DNA of 35,277 bases from Candidatus Thalassarchaeaceae archaeon (GCA_029250425.1 JAQXFF010000185.1:1-35277); one strand, 5' to 3'; counted from the first letter of the stretch, positions 8,296 to 17,533 are shown. Numbers and translations are program-made. Notes: generated by a model not told the origin, from the sequence alone.

Positions 8296-9600
8296 GTGAT
8301 ATTCGTGGATTTTGAATCACTCAACCTTTGTCAGCCTTTGTTGACCGCTCTTGATGAGATTGGATATGTCACCCCCACGCCAATTCAGGAACAAGCGATT
8401 CCGCTTCTAATTGAAGGTCGTGATATGCTTGGTTGTGCCCAAACAGGAACGGGTAAGACCGCAGCATTTTCATTGCCAATTCTTGATGCGATGGCAGAAG
8501 ACCCTTGGCCAGGAAAACGTCGAATCCGTTCATTGATGCTTTGTCCAACCCGTGAACTTGCAGCACAGATACGAGAGAATATCGATGAATATGCACGTCA
8601 CCTCGACATCCGTTCAATGGTGATGTTCGGTGGTGTTTCGCAACGCCCACAGGAGAAGCAACTTCGTCAAGGAGTTGACATTTTGATCGCAACCCCTGGC
8701 AGACTTCTAGATTTGATTGGTCAAGGCCTTGTTGATTTATCCGATGTGCAATTCCTTGTTTTGGATGAAGCAGATCGAATGCTTGACATGGGTTTCATCC
8801 GTGACATCCGCAAGATCCTTGCTTTGATTCCTGAAGAGCGTCAAAGCCTTCTCTTTTCAGCAACAATGCCCTCATCAATTGTAGAATTATCAAGAGATAT
8901 GCTTTACGAACCGGTGAAAATCGAAGTAACTCCGGAGTCAACAACCGTTGAGGCAATTGAACAATCACTGATGTTTGTGATGAAGGGTGATAAACGAGCT
9001 TTATTGACTCACATCATCCGCGATGAAAATCCAGAGAAGGTACTTGTTTTCAGTCGCACAAAGCACGGGTGTAACCGCATAGTCAAACAACTTGCTCAAG
9101 ATGAGATCGAAGCTCTTGCAATTCATGGTAACAAGAGCCAAGGTGCGAGAGAGAAAGCGCTTGGTAGGTTCCGAAATGGTACTTTGCAAGTTTTGATTGC
9201 TACTGATGTAGCAAGTCGTGGAATCGATGTATCAGATATCAGCCACGTCATCAACCTAGATCTTCCCAATGAACCCGAAGTTTACGTTCATCGAATTGGA
9301 CGTACAGGTCGTGCGGGGCAGGGCGGAATCGCCATTGCATTTTGCGATGAAAATGAAGGCGAATATCTTCGAGGTATAGAGAAAACAATTCGACAAGAAA
9401 TTCCCGTCGATGAAGATCACCCTTTCCATTCCGAGAAAGCCAGATCACGTAAGGGTGAGAAGGCGCCAAAAAAGCAGCAAAACCGTGGTCGAAGGGGCGG
9501 CGGAAGAAGGCAAAAACAAGGTGGACAGAACCGTGGGCAGAACCGTGGGCAAAACCGTGGACAGAACCGTGGCCAAAGACACCGCCGCAACCGCGATTAA
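8296..9600 (+). CDS. DEAD-box ATP-dependent RNA helicase (RhlE-like) with basic GQNR-repeat tail
   Basis: Q motif (TPTPIQ), [35 protein letters not shown]. The GTG start directly abuts the icd stop (TGA GTG). Confidence 0.9.
   Translation: MIFVDFESLNLCQPLLTALDEIGYVTPTPIQEQAIPLLIEGRDMLGCAQTGTGKTAAFSLPILDAMAEDPWPGKRRIRSLMLCPTRELAAQIRENIDEYARHLDIRSMVMFGGVSQRPQEKQLRQGVDILIATPGRLLDLIGQGLVDLSDVQFLVLDEADRMLDMGFIRDIRKILALIPEERQSLLFSATMPSSIVELSRDMLYEPVKIEVTPESTTVEAIEQSLMFVMKGDKRALLTHIIRDENPEKVLVFSRTKHGCNRIVKQLAQDEIEALAIHGNKSQGAREKALGRFRNGTLQVLIATDVASRGIDVSDISHVINLDLPNEPEVYVHRIGRTGRAGQGGIAIAFCDENEGEYLRGIEKTIRQEIPVDEDHPFHSEKARSRKGEKAPKKQQNRGRRGGGRRQKQGGQNRGQNRGQNRGQNRGQRHRRNRD
9523..9576 (+). repeat. 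12-nt coding tandem repeat (GGN CAR AAC CGT)x4 plus a partial unit, encoding (GQNR)n
   Basis: ggacagaaccgt / gggcagaaccgt / gggcaaaaccgt / ggacagaaccgt / ggccaa, in frame with the helicase. Confidence 0.9.
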
Positions 9601-9631
9601 GTCAAAGTCGCTGAGTCAACTTCTTTGACTC
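9600..9631 (+). terminator. Hairpin(s) downstream of the helicase gene, possible terminator
   Basis: gagtcaa(9613-9619)/ttgactc(9625-9631) with a 5-nt loop. An alternative pairing is agtcaaag(9600-9607)/ctttgact(9623-9630). There is no clear U-tract. Confidence 0.25.
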
Positions 9632-9649
9632 ATTCAATAGAGTGCGTTC

Positions 9650-10330
9650 ATGGACGAGCAATTGGCTGAGGTCAGAGCCCGCCTCCTCAAACTTTCCACG
9701 GCTGCGGAAAATGATGGGGAACCGTTACGTTGGTTCGAAGAATTGTACGCGGGTGCAAAACGAGATTCGGAAGAGATTCCCTGGGCGCGAATGGAGCCCC
9801 ATCCCAAGATGGTTGAGTGGATTGCAAACCAACCGTCGGTTCAAGGTCGGGCATTGGTGGTGGGGTGTGGTCTTGGAGACGATGCAGAATGGTTAGCAGC
9901 AGCCGGCTTCAAGGTCACTGCATTTGATTTATCCCAATCATCCATCGATTGGTGTTGCGAACGTTTTCCAGAATCAACAGTCAACTATTGTGTCGCTGAT
10001 TTACTTACCCCGCCTGTTGAATGGCTCGAATCGTTTGATTTGATTGTTGAAATCCACATCCTACAGGCCATTCCCGAATCCATTCGAGATCAAGCAGCTG
10101 ATAGCCTTCACACCCTTCTTAATGACAATGGTTACTTATTTTGTATTGGCCGATTACAGGGCCTTCAAATCCCAAATGAACCGGCACCACCTTGGCCTTT
10201 GACCCAGGTGTGGTTGGAAGGCCGCTTCAATCATTTAGGGCAGGTAAATTTCACTCACTTTGTCAATGAAGACACACCAACAATTGATCGTTATATTGCT
10301 GCTTGGCGTCGAATTATGCCCATTGACTGA
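9650..10330 (+). CDS. Class I SAM-dependent methyltransferase (TPMT-like)
   Basis: SAM-binding motif I, ALVVGCGLGDDAEWLAAAG, followed by an acidic residue after beta-2 (VTAFDLS) and by CVADLL. Confidence 0.8.
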   Translation: MDEQLAEVRARLLKLSTAAENDGEPLRWFEELYAGAKRDSEEIPWARMEPHPKMVEWIANQPSVQGRALVVGCGLGDDAEWLAAAGFKVTAFDLSQSSIDWCCERFPESTVNYCVADLLTPPVEWLESFDLIVEIHILQAIPESIRDQAADSLHTLLNDNGYLFCIGRLQGLQIPNEPAPPWPLTQVWLEGRFNHLGQVNFTHFVNEDTPTIDRYIAAWRRIMPID

Positions 10331-13300
10331 GTTCGCGAGCAGTTCTAACAACACCGAATCCGAATGTTTCTTCCAAGGAACGCCTTACAATCCAGAAATC
10401 AGAATCACGCGAAGCGATAAGAATTGCACCAATGCCCTTGTGCATCGAATCAGCAAGTACAGCAGATTCTCTCATAATGTCGCGATCACCACGCTCAGGA
10501 TAGATTGCATCCTTGCCAATTTTTGTACGTTTTTTATTTGCAGCCTTCCCGTCAAGAAGTTCGAAGTAGGTTTTTCGATGACTCACCATGAATTCTATGG
10601 TTTTCTCTTCAAATGTTGAAACTACATCCTTTTGCTCAGTATCGATGATCGGTTTCCAAGTATTGTAATCCGACAACACTTGCTTGCAAATTTTTTCAAT
10701 TGCTTTCTCGGTTACTTTTTCAGTCCATTCTGCATCATTTAACCAAATACCATAGAATAGCGAGCGAACTCTTTCGAGTTTACCCATCAAGTTCTTGAAC
10801 TCATTTTCCGCAGCCTTGGGCGTCTTGAGTTCAATCATTCCTGCATTGAATTTGTAGAGGACGGTTCGATGGAACGATCCGTGTAAATTGGTTTCAATCC
10901 CCCCTTCTTCATCCAGTAACAAACCAATGCGTTCTCTTGCAGCATCTATGAGCAAGTTTGTGTCTACCAATACCAATGGTTTCAGTGTTAGATGGCGCAA
11001 TTTACGACGGGTTCGGATGGGAAGGTTGTCTTCATTTAAGCGGAAAATACCATTTTGACTTCGGAGTAAAGCCTTCATTTCATTGTTGGAAAATTGACCG
11101 GAATTCATCGCTCGTTCAAACATAATCAATCCCTGGGTTGGGTTGAGTGTTGCCGCTTCTCCAGCCACGCTTTCGACTTCTTGAACAGAAGCCCCATCAT
11201 CGAGAATATGCTGGAAACGATCCTCCAATTGACTTCGTTGGCTACGGCGATTGTTAGAAAGTCCACGCTTTGCGGCTCTAATCCGCCCTTGCCACAAGTC
11301 CTTGGGGAGGCCGTGGGCATTTGGATAAGTGAATAGCAAATCCAATTCATCAGAAGCATATGTTGTGCGTTCTCTTTCAACAAGTTCTCCATCCACATTC
11401 TCTTCGGAGATAATTTCTGTACTTGATATTCGATCTAGTAACCGTCGTCTTGCAGAATCAGGTTGCTGTCGAGCAGCATCATCACAAACATGGAGATACA
11501 ATTGGAATATTCCAGTCATCGCAGATTGCAAAGCCTGCTGATTTTCCAACATTTCCACGGCTTCAGAAAATTTCCCTGCATGAGCAAAAGCGATGAGCGC
11601 CCGTCTCGCCAACCTCACTCGGTTTTCAAAACTGAATGTAATATCCTTGCTTGCCCGACGAAGCGCCCGTCCCGCCGATAGGTGTTTGCTCGTTTTTTCC
11701 TCAATTGAAGCGAGAATAATTTGGTGCCATGATGATGATGCTGCATGCATGCGGTGCCATTCAGCAAATGCAGGAATTGCAATACTATCGTGCTCCAATA
11801 CCACTTGGCGAATCGCTTCAACAATGTTCTTTCTAGGGTTGGAACCAACCAACCCATCCAGTGTTGAGATTGCAGAATTTGTACTATCTTCTCTGTGATC
11901 TTCTAATAGACGAATTGCACGATTGAACCTCAGTTGGTCCAATACAGCTGAGAACAACCGCAACTCGACCCCACTCAACGATGAATTCTGAATCGAAGAT
12001 TGTAATTTATCTAGACGATCAGATGGGACCAACCCGTCACCGTCTTTCAGCATGGCCTGCCGACACTGATTGAATGCTCTAATCGCTTCACGATTTCCTG
12101 CCACTCTTCGTTGTATAGCATCCAAATCTGCAGGCGCCCCCTCTAGCAATTTTAGAAGGCCAATTGATGTTTCAGATAACACTCCACTAGGTTCGTTAGC
12201 CAATGCATCAATGGCTTTTGATCGAGCCTGCAGATCCCAATCGAATAATTCTTGATCTGCATCACCTGGTAGCAAATGATGAACCAGTAATGTACGGAAA
12301 GGGTGCACCGTCGCCCCATCCTCCATCTCCATCAAGATTGAACCAATACGAACAGCATCACCCGATTCGGTGAATACATCTAGAGCCAGGTCTCCAAATT
12401 GATTCCAATCTAATTCCCCTCGCCCTTGAATTTCAATGATTGCTGCAGATTGTAATTGGAGGGGCACATCGGTATTTTTCATAATCAATTCAAGACCATC
12501 TTTATCGAATCGGTGGATGTTTTCCATCACTCGTTCAATCAATGCATTGTCCCCAATGGCTTCAATCAATTTGAGGGTGTGGTGTAATTTTGAAGAGTCA
12601 ACAAGATTTAATTCCGAAATGACTTGTAATGCCGCTTCATTATTTTCTTCTCTAACGTGTGCAGCAACCAAACTCCACATCAATGCCCGTCGATCATCTC
12701 CTTCGTCCAATAATTGGACACCCTCTTGAATATCATTGGCAGATAATTTAGCGTCATCGGGAGCACTAATCCACGATTGGTGGCGCATGGCGACCGATAA
12801 TGCGTCATCTCCTTTGACCTCATTACAATTGGCCCACGTATCTAATTCACCAGAACGAAGTTGCAGTAAGGAGAGTTGATCCCTAGCAACGATTGCAACC
12901 TCCTCTCCACTTTGTAAGAGCGTATTCAAATCGTCAGTAACCCCTTCTTCATCAGCACAAATCCGAACCATCGCTCTGATTAGCAAAGCATCTCCATCCA
13001 ATTCTCCGAATGATTTTGACGGCCCTGTGAATTTACCCTTGGCTTGGAGAGATTTAGCAGTTCTTTGAATACTCAATTCAAGTTCGGCTGAAAGTGAAAA
13101 TGGTGTGGGTTTTTTTAGCCATTCTGCCAATGCTTCACGGTCAGTAGGATCAAATCTTGCTGAGAGAATCCATGTATCGGAATTCGTGGTAATTGCATCT
13201 GAAACTTCAGATTCAGGATATGATTGCATCTCAGCCAATAAGGGTGCTTCACTCCCTAATTTAGGCCAAACCGGGTGAATCCCCTCGGCACAAGAAACCC

Positions 13301-13688
13301 GCATTTTCTCTAATTCGGAATCCCATATAGGGTTCCATTTGTCTCCCAGCCGTGCTTTTTGTACCAACATGGCTGAGAGTCGATAAGCTGCTGGAGCGTG
13401 AGATGTCACCAAACCCTCCATCCCTTCAATCCAATCTTCAGTGCTTGAATTTCGCGTTCGCCTCCCACGGGATCTCATCCGCCGACTGCGATTACTCGGA
13501 GATGAATTATTATTGAATTCTTCTTTGTTTAGGGCCACAAGGAGTAACCCTTTCCATGACTTACCCAAGAGGTCCCAAGCCGCAGTATCCATGGCCTTCC
13601 GCTTCCGCTTTTCAGGGGCTTCTCCGGCCGTGACAGCAACATTGAGGCACTCGAGTAAGTAGTCTTCATCACTTGCCAGTTCAGCCAC
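10314..13688 (-). CDS. Large (1124 aa) helical protein with C-terminal PIN-domain nuclease
   Basis: The C-terminal ~220 aa carry the four PIN acidic positions: LVLVDTNLLID, PKAAENEF, ERGDRDIMRESAVLA, LIASRDSDFW. The N-terminal ~900 aa have no Walker or other catalytic motif that I can see. There is an Arg-rich patch, SNRSRRMRSRGRRTRNSS. The GTG start at 13688 is uncertain. Confidence 0.75.
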   Translation of the reverse strand: MAELASDEDYLLECLNVAVTAGEAPEKRKRKAMDTAAWDLLGKSWKGLLLVALNKEEFNNNSSPSNRSRRMRSRGRRTRNSSTEDWIEGMEGLVTSHAPAAYRLSAMLVQKARLGDKWNPIWDSELEKMRVSCAEGIHPVWPKLGSEAPLLAEMQSYPESEVSDAITTNSDTWILSARFDPTDREALAEWLKKPTPFSLSAELELSIQRTAKSLQAKGKFTGPSKSFGELDGDALLIRAMVRICADEEGVTDDLNTLLQSGEEVAIVARDQLSLLQLRSGELDTWANCNEVKGDDALSVAMRHQSWISAPDDAKLSANDIQEGVQLLDEGDDRRALMWSLVAAHVREENNEAALQVISELNLVDSSKLHHTLKLIEAIGDNALIERVMENIHRFDKDGLELIMKNTDVPLQLQSAAIIEIQGRGELDWNQFGDLALDVFTESGDAVRIGSILMEMEDGATVHPFRTLLVHHLLPGDADQELFDWDLQARSKAIDALANEPSGVLSETSIGLLKLLEGAPADLDAIQRRVAGNREAIRAFNQCRQAMLKDGDGLVPSDRLDKLQSSIQNSSLSGVELRLFSAVLDQLRFNRAIRLLEDHREDSTNSAISTLDGLVGSNPRKNIVEAIRQVVLEHDSIAIPAFAEWHRMHAASSSWHQIILASIEEKTSKHLSAGRALRRASKDITFSFENRVRLARRALIAFAHAGKFSEAVEMLENQQALQSAMTGIFQLYLHVCDDAARQQPDSARRRLLDRISSTEIISEENVDGELVERERTTYASDELDLLFTYPNAHGLPKDLWQGRIRAAKRGLSNNRRSQRSQLEDRFQHILDDGASVQEVESVAGEAATLNPTQGLIMFERAMNSGQFSNNEMKALLRSQNGIFRLNEDNLPIRTRRKLRHLTLKPLVLVDTNLLIDAARERIGLLLDEEGGIETNLHGSFHRTVLYKFNAGMIELKTPKAAENEFKNLMGKLERVRSLFYGIWLNDAEWTEKVTEKAIEKICKQVLSDYNTWKPIIDTEQKDVVSTFEEKTIEFMVSHRKTYFELLDGKAANKKRTKIGKDAIYPERGDRDIMRESAVLADSMHKGIGAILIASRDSDFWIVRRSLEETFGFGVVRTARELSQWA

Positions 13689-13768
13689 CTCCCGCCTACG
13701 GCGGGCTCAAGCCATCGTCCCACTACTATGAACGCATCGCTGAAGTGTAACTCTCTTCTCGGCCTGTC

Positions 13769-14251
13769 ATGGACGCGACCAATTTGGTCATCATTCTGCT
13801 TCATCCACTTGCTGCTTTGACAGTGATTGGTTGGATGATTCGGCAGCATCGTTGGAGACAACGAGGCCTCTTATTGAAAGGTGAAAAGAGGAAAGAAGCC
13901 GTTCAATCGCATGAAACAGATGGAGAGCGCCTGTATATTCTTGCCTGGCTTGTTGTGGTGGCGGGTTTTATTGCTAATTCTCTCTATCGAATCCGAACAG
14001 AAAACGCCACTTTACCAGGTGCACTAATGCCCAGTGGCGCAGGAGGTCTACATGCAGGCGGCGGCATTATTGGATTGATTTTGGTTACCATACTTTGGCG
14101 TAAGGGAAGGCAGACCCGTGATTTGAGAAATGCCGGAGAACCATGGGCCGCTGAAAAGCAGCGTCATGGAAGAGCATCCGATGCGATTATGATTCTAATC
14201 GGTTTACACGCATTTTTAGGATTTCTTTGGTTGATGCAATTATTGTCATGA
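13769..14251 (+). CDS. Small integral membrane protein (4 predicted TM helices; DUF4079-like?)
   Basis: 160-aa ORF with hydrophobic segments VIILLHPLAALTVIGWM, LYILAWLVVVAGFIANSL, GGGIIGLILVTILW and AIMILIGLHAFLGFLWLMQLL. Confidence 0.6.
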   Translation: MDATNLVIILLHPLAALTVIGWMIRQHRWRQRGLLLKGEKRKEAVQSHETDGERLYILAWLVVVAGFIANSLYRIRTENATLPGALMPSGAGGLHAGGGIIGLILVTILWRKGRQTRDLRNAGEPWAAEKQRHGRASDAIMILIGLHAFLGFLWLMQLLS

Positions 14252-15226
14252 CCGATTGGCCCACATCAACATCCAGGCGTCCATGTTTCGTTCGATGTCA
14301 TTTGCATCAACACTGCGATCTTCTTTTTGTAATGATTTTGAAAGAGGTTGAATCCGACATCCACAAGCATTTGCATGGCCCCCACCGTCAATATCGAAAG
14401 CCGTCGCCAGTTGAGTTAGATCAAACAAACCACCGTTTTCATGCAGAAATGAATTACTGTAAAATGAAGCTGAAAGTGGCCATTTTTCATCATCACCATC
14501 AGAATCCAAATATCCATGCACGATCATACATGCATCACATTGGTCACCAAAGTGCGCAGTTACGAGGTAACCATTTGTTCGAATTCCTTTGTCATCTAGG
14601 CGAACAATCGCCATCCTATCAACAACGTTTGAGCATTCATCTAACATGGCTTGTAGCTGTCTAAATTCATCTTTCGCGTGACCAATTTTTTCCGCAACAA
14701 TTGGCAATTCCACCAAATCATGAGGCATCACTCCATCAACAATATGTTGCAATATTGTTTGACAGTAGATGTCATCTGTGGCATCAATGGTTCTTCCAAT
14801 CCACACAATCGGATGTTCTGAAAGGAATTCTTGACGCGAAATTTTCCCACCATCTAATTTGTCAACCATCTCCATCCAAGTGGCAATATCATCAAGGTTG
14901 ACACTTTCCTGAAATGTATTGAAACAGACGCGTGCAGCACTCAACGCATCTTCCCAAACAATATTGCAACCATCTTCCGCCGCAGCAATTTGCTGTGCAG
15001 GTGTCGGTTTGTTGGTTAGATGATGATCAATATGCAATCCACACATGGGGTGGAATGGGAGGTCGAGTACGGCTGTACCTCTTGTCATCCAATCGTCAAC
15101 TCCACCCCTTCGAACTTCGGCAGGATGACTGAATCGAACTGGAACAGCATTCCAAACTCTGCGAAGAATTGCTGCTGAGAGCAATCCGTCTAGATCTCCA
15201 TCTGTAACGATACGTTCAATGTTCAT
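14246..15226 (-). CDS. DHH/DHHA1-family phosphoesterase (NrnA-like size)
   Basis: Motifs TDGDLDG (DxD), LHIDHHLTN (DHH), DGGGHANACG (DHHA1 GGGH). I placed the start at the ATG at 15226 (MNIERIV). The ORF-track start at 15364 would overlap the divergent Nudix gene. Confidence 0.8.
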   Translation of the reverse strand: MNIERIVTDGDLDGLLSAAILRRVWNAVPVRFSHPAEVRRGGVDDWMTRGTAVLDLPFHPMCGLHIDHHLTNKPTPAQQIAAAEDGCNIVWEDALSAARVCFNTFQESVNLDDIATWMEMVDKLDGGKISRQEFLSEHPIVWIGRTIDATDDIYCQTILQHIVDGVMPHDLVELPIVAEKIGHAKDEFRQLQAMLDECSNVVDRMAIVRLDDKGIRTNGYLVTAHFGDQCDACMIVHGYLDSDGDDEKWPLSASFYSNSFLHENGGLFDLTQLATAFDIDGGGHANACGCRIQPLSKSLQKEDRSVDANDIERNMDAWMLMWANRS

Positions 15227-15351
15227 CTTCGATACGTCGCCCAACAGACCCTCTCCAAGCGTTGTTCGTCTCCACACCTCGCTCTTAGCGTTGGCGACAC
15301 TACATGCTGTACATACGCAAGCAATTAGTAGACCACGCCCTTTCAGGTAAC

Positions 15352-15765
15352 ATGGAGACTTCATGCGGCGTCGTCCTCGTCAATTTCGGAAGTGTTCTGT
15401 TACTGCAATATCCGCAGGGCCATTGGGGCTTTCCAAAGGGCCATTACGAGGCCGAAGATGGTGCATATCAACGTACAGCGTTGCGTGAATTGGAAGAAGA
15501 GACTGGCATATCAGAAGTTGACATGCTAGACGATTGGCGAATGAGAACATACTACACATTCACTCGTAAAGGCCGTTCTGTGGAAAAAGAAGTATTCTGG
15601 TTCATTGGAGAAACTGAAGAGTATGAGATTACCTTGAGTCACGAGCATAGAAATTTCATGTGGCTTGAATGGGACGATGCTGAAAATCAATTGAATTTTG
15701 ATCAAAGCAAAGAGGTATTGCGCGGAGCACGTGCACAATTGAGAGCCCTAGGTCGAGAACTTTAG
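15352..15765 (+). CDS. Nudix hydrolase, NUDT2-like asymmetric Ap4A hydrolase
   Basis: Nudix box GHYEAEDGAYQRTALRELEEETGI. It also has HWGFPKGH and LSHEHRNFMWL, as I recall from Ap4A hydrolases. Start taken as the ATG at 15352 (METSCGVV). Confidence 0.8.
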   Translation: METSCGVVLVNFGSVLLLQYPQGHWGFPKGHYEAEDGAYQRTALRELEEETGISEVDMLDDWRMRTYYTFTRKGRSVEKEVFWFIGETEEYEITLSHEHRNFMWLEWDDAENQLNFDQSKEVLRGARAQLRALGREL

Positions 15766-16400
15766 GCCAGATTCCTTTTGCCCAATGGGACCCAGAGAGT
15801 CTCATCTTCGCCGAGAATCATAACAACCCATCGGATCATCACAAAGAACCAATCAGAAAGACGATTCAGATATGCGATGATGACATCACGAATTGCATCC
15901 ACACCTTCTGATTCACGCAACTCCATTGCACCCCTTTCGGCACGCCGGGTGACTGTACGTGCGAGGTGCATTGTGGCGATTAAAGGTGAACCTGTTGGTA
16001 GAATGAACGATTCCAAAGGTTCCAATTTCTCCGTCCATTGATCCATATCATCACAGAGTCGATCGGCTTGTTCGTCTCCAATTACAGTCATGGCTTCAGG
16101 AACTTGGCCTGCTTGAAAAGCACATTCGCCACCAATATCGAAGAGCTCTTGTTGAACAAGAGCAATTTTTGACGCCACGGAATTTTTCACTGTTCTTACA
16201 GTAGCTCTTGCACCACCATCTTCGTGGAAACTGTTTACGCGACCCAATTCGGCTTGTACCATCCCAATCACAGCATTGAGTTCATCGATTGTGCCGTAGA
16301 AATCTACACGCGGGTTATTCTTTGAAACACGCTCACCTGAGGCAAGTGAAGTTTCACCAGTATCGCCCGTGCCAGTGTGAACCTTGGTGATGCGGACCAT
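15762..16400 (-). CDS. ATP:cob(I)alamin adenosyltransferase, PduO type
   Basis: N-terminal KVHTGTGDTGETSL...RV.K...RVDFYGTIDELN signature, with a size (212 aa) typical of the PduO/MMAB family. Confidence 0.88.
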   Translation of the reverse strand: MVRITKVHTGTGDTGETSLASGERVSKNNPRVDFYGTIDELNAVIGMVQAELGRVNSFHEDGGARATVRTVKNSVASKIALVQQELFDIGGECAFQAGQVPEAMTVIGDEQADRLCDDMDQWTEKLEPLESFILPTGSPLIATMHLARTVTRRAERGAMELRESEGVDAIRDVIIAYLNRLSDWFFVMIRWVVMILGEDETLWVPLGKRNLA

Positions 16401-16441
16401 GATTTGGCGGAGCGGCCTCTAAACAAGGGTCTTTCGCTGCT

Positions 16442-16633
16442 TCAAACACTTTCAAAGACTCCATCATCCTCTGGTTTGATGCGTACTTTTTGCAACAATA
16501 AGAAGCCTAATGTGCCCCAAATGAATAGTTCTATCACGATGCAAACCCAATACCAATATCCAAGACTTGAGAGAATGGCATTGGCATCATACGGTTCTCC
16601 ATTGAATCCCATGTAGATTGCTTGGGATAGCAA
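16442..16633 (-). CDS. Possible small membrane protein (start unclear)
   Basis: TTG-initiated 63-aa ORF with one strong TM segment (LGYWYWVCIVIELFIWGTLGFLLL). The frame stays open upstream to 16729 and would add a second TM (LSWVAVLVWFGANLL). That stretch contains no ATG/GTG/TTG, only CTG/ATT. Confidence 0.3.
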   Translation of the reverse strand: MLSQAIYMGFNGEPYDANAILSSLGYWYWVCIVIELFIWGTLGFLLLQKVRIKPEDDGVFESV

Positions 16634-16789
16634 ATTTGCTCCAAACCAAACGAGAACAGCGACCCAGCTTAATCGAACACTGAGATCATTCCACCGTCCT
16701 TTTTTCAGTTCATCACCATGTGTAATTTGTCATCCGAGATATTTAACATACACTAGAGCAACCCCGAATGTCCCATCATTTAGAGAGGG

Positions 16790-17533
16790 TTATTCGGACT
16801 CTATAATCGGCTTACTGAGACCCTTTAGGCACGATTCGATTTTCGTTAGCCATGCTTTATCGACAGTATCCATCCCTCCAAGCCTTTCCAACATTTCAGA
16901 GTGCTTTGTTGCGGCGGCAACATTTCCACAATATTCGTGAATCTGAATCAATGCAGCATGACTCATTGCATCTAACCATGAATCATCCACACTCCAGGAT
17001 TTTTCAAACATTGAAATGGCACCACGATCACCCTCTATAAGTCCTCGATCAAGTTGACGAAGTGCTGCCTGGGACCATGAAATTCCTTGTATACCAATGA
17101 TGAGTCCTTTCCAGAATAGAAATACTTCAAGGAGAATCACAATGGTTGCCAAAAGAAATCCAACCCACTGTTCTGTCGTGTTGTAAGAAGACCATCCATT
17201 GGCCAATGCCGAAATTGTTGCCGCTACAAACCACATTCCTGCAAATGGGGCCAAGATCACATCTTTTTTCCGACGATCATGAAAGGCACCAATCGTGACC
17301 CCAATTCCCCCCATCAGTCCAGAGAGTATAGCAGGAAGCTGGGTACTTGTTGCTCGAGGGGAACTCATACCCAAGGCCAAGACACCGGTGAGCCCTAACA
17401 TCAGCCAAGCCCATCTTCCGCTAATTTCAGGAAATGGCTGTGCATAACTCATCCAGAGTAGTAATGCCGAAGTTCCACCGAGGAAGGCAATCCAAGCCCA
17501 CATTAGATAGAGCGCGAAGGTTGCGGTATTCAA
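16790..17533 (-). CDS. Integral membrane protein (about 5 TM) with C-terminal soluble helical domain
   Basis: 247-aa ORF. The N-terminal ~145 aa are hydrophobic helices. The C-terminal ~90 aa are soluble. The ATGA overlap with the upstream 114-aa ORF suggests an operon. Confidence 0.6.
   Translation of the reverse strand: MNTATFALYLMWAWIAFLGGTSALLLWMSYAQPFPEISGRWAWLMLGLTGVLALGMSSPRATSTQLPAILSGLMGGIGVTIGAFHDRRKKDVILAPFAGMWFVAATISALANGWSSYNTTEQWVGFLLATIVILLEVFLFWKGLIIGIQGISWSQAALRQLDRGLIEGDRGAISMFEKSWSVDDSWLDAMSHAALIQIHEYCGNVAAATKHSEMLERLGGMDTVDKAWLTKIESCLKGLSKPIIESE

Noticed and set aside
9523-9576. CRISPR-like or other non-coding repeat arrays (also 35130-35277)
   Set aside because: Both are short-period (12-nt and 6-nt) in-frame coding microsatellites without spacers. 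There are no cas genes in the window.
10260-10619. 119-aa plus-strand ORF overlapping the methyltransferase 3' end
   Set aside because: It lies antisense to the PIN-domain coding region, whose catalytic motifs are encoded exactly there, and it has implausible composition.
14227-14664. 145-aa plus-strand ORF with a His-rich stretch (HHHHQNPNIH)
   Set aside because: It is antisense to the DHH phosphoesterase gene, whose motifs (DHH, GGGH) validate the minus-strand frame.
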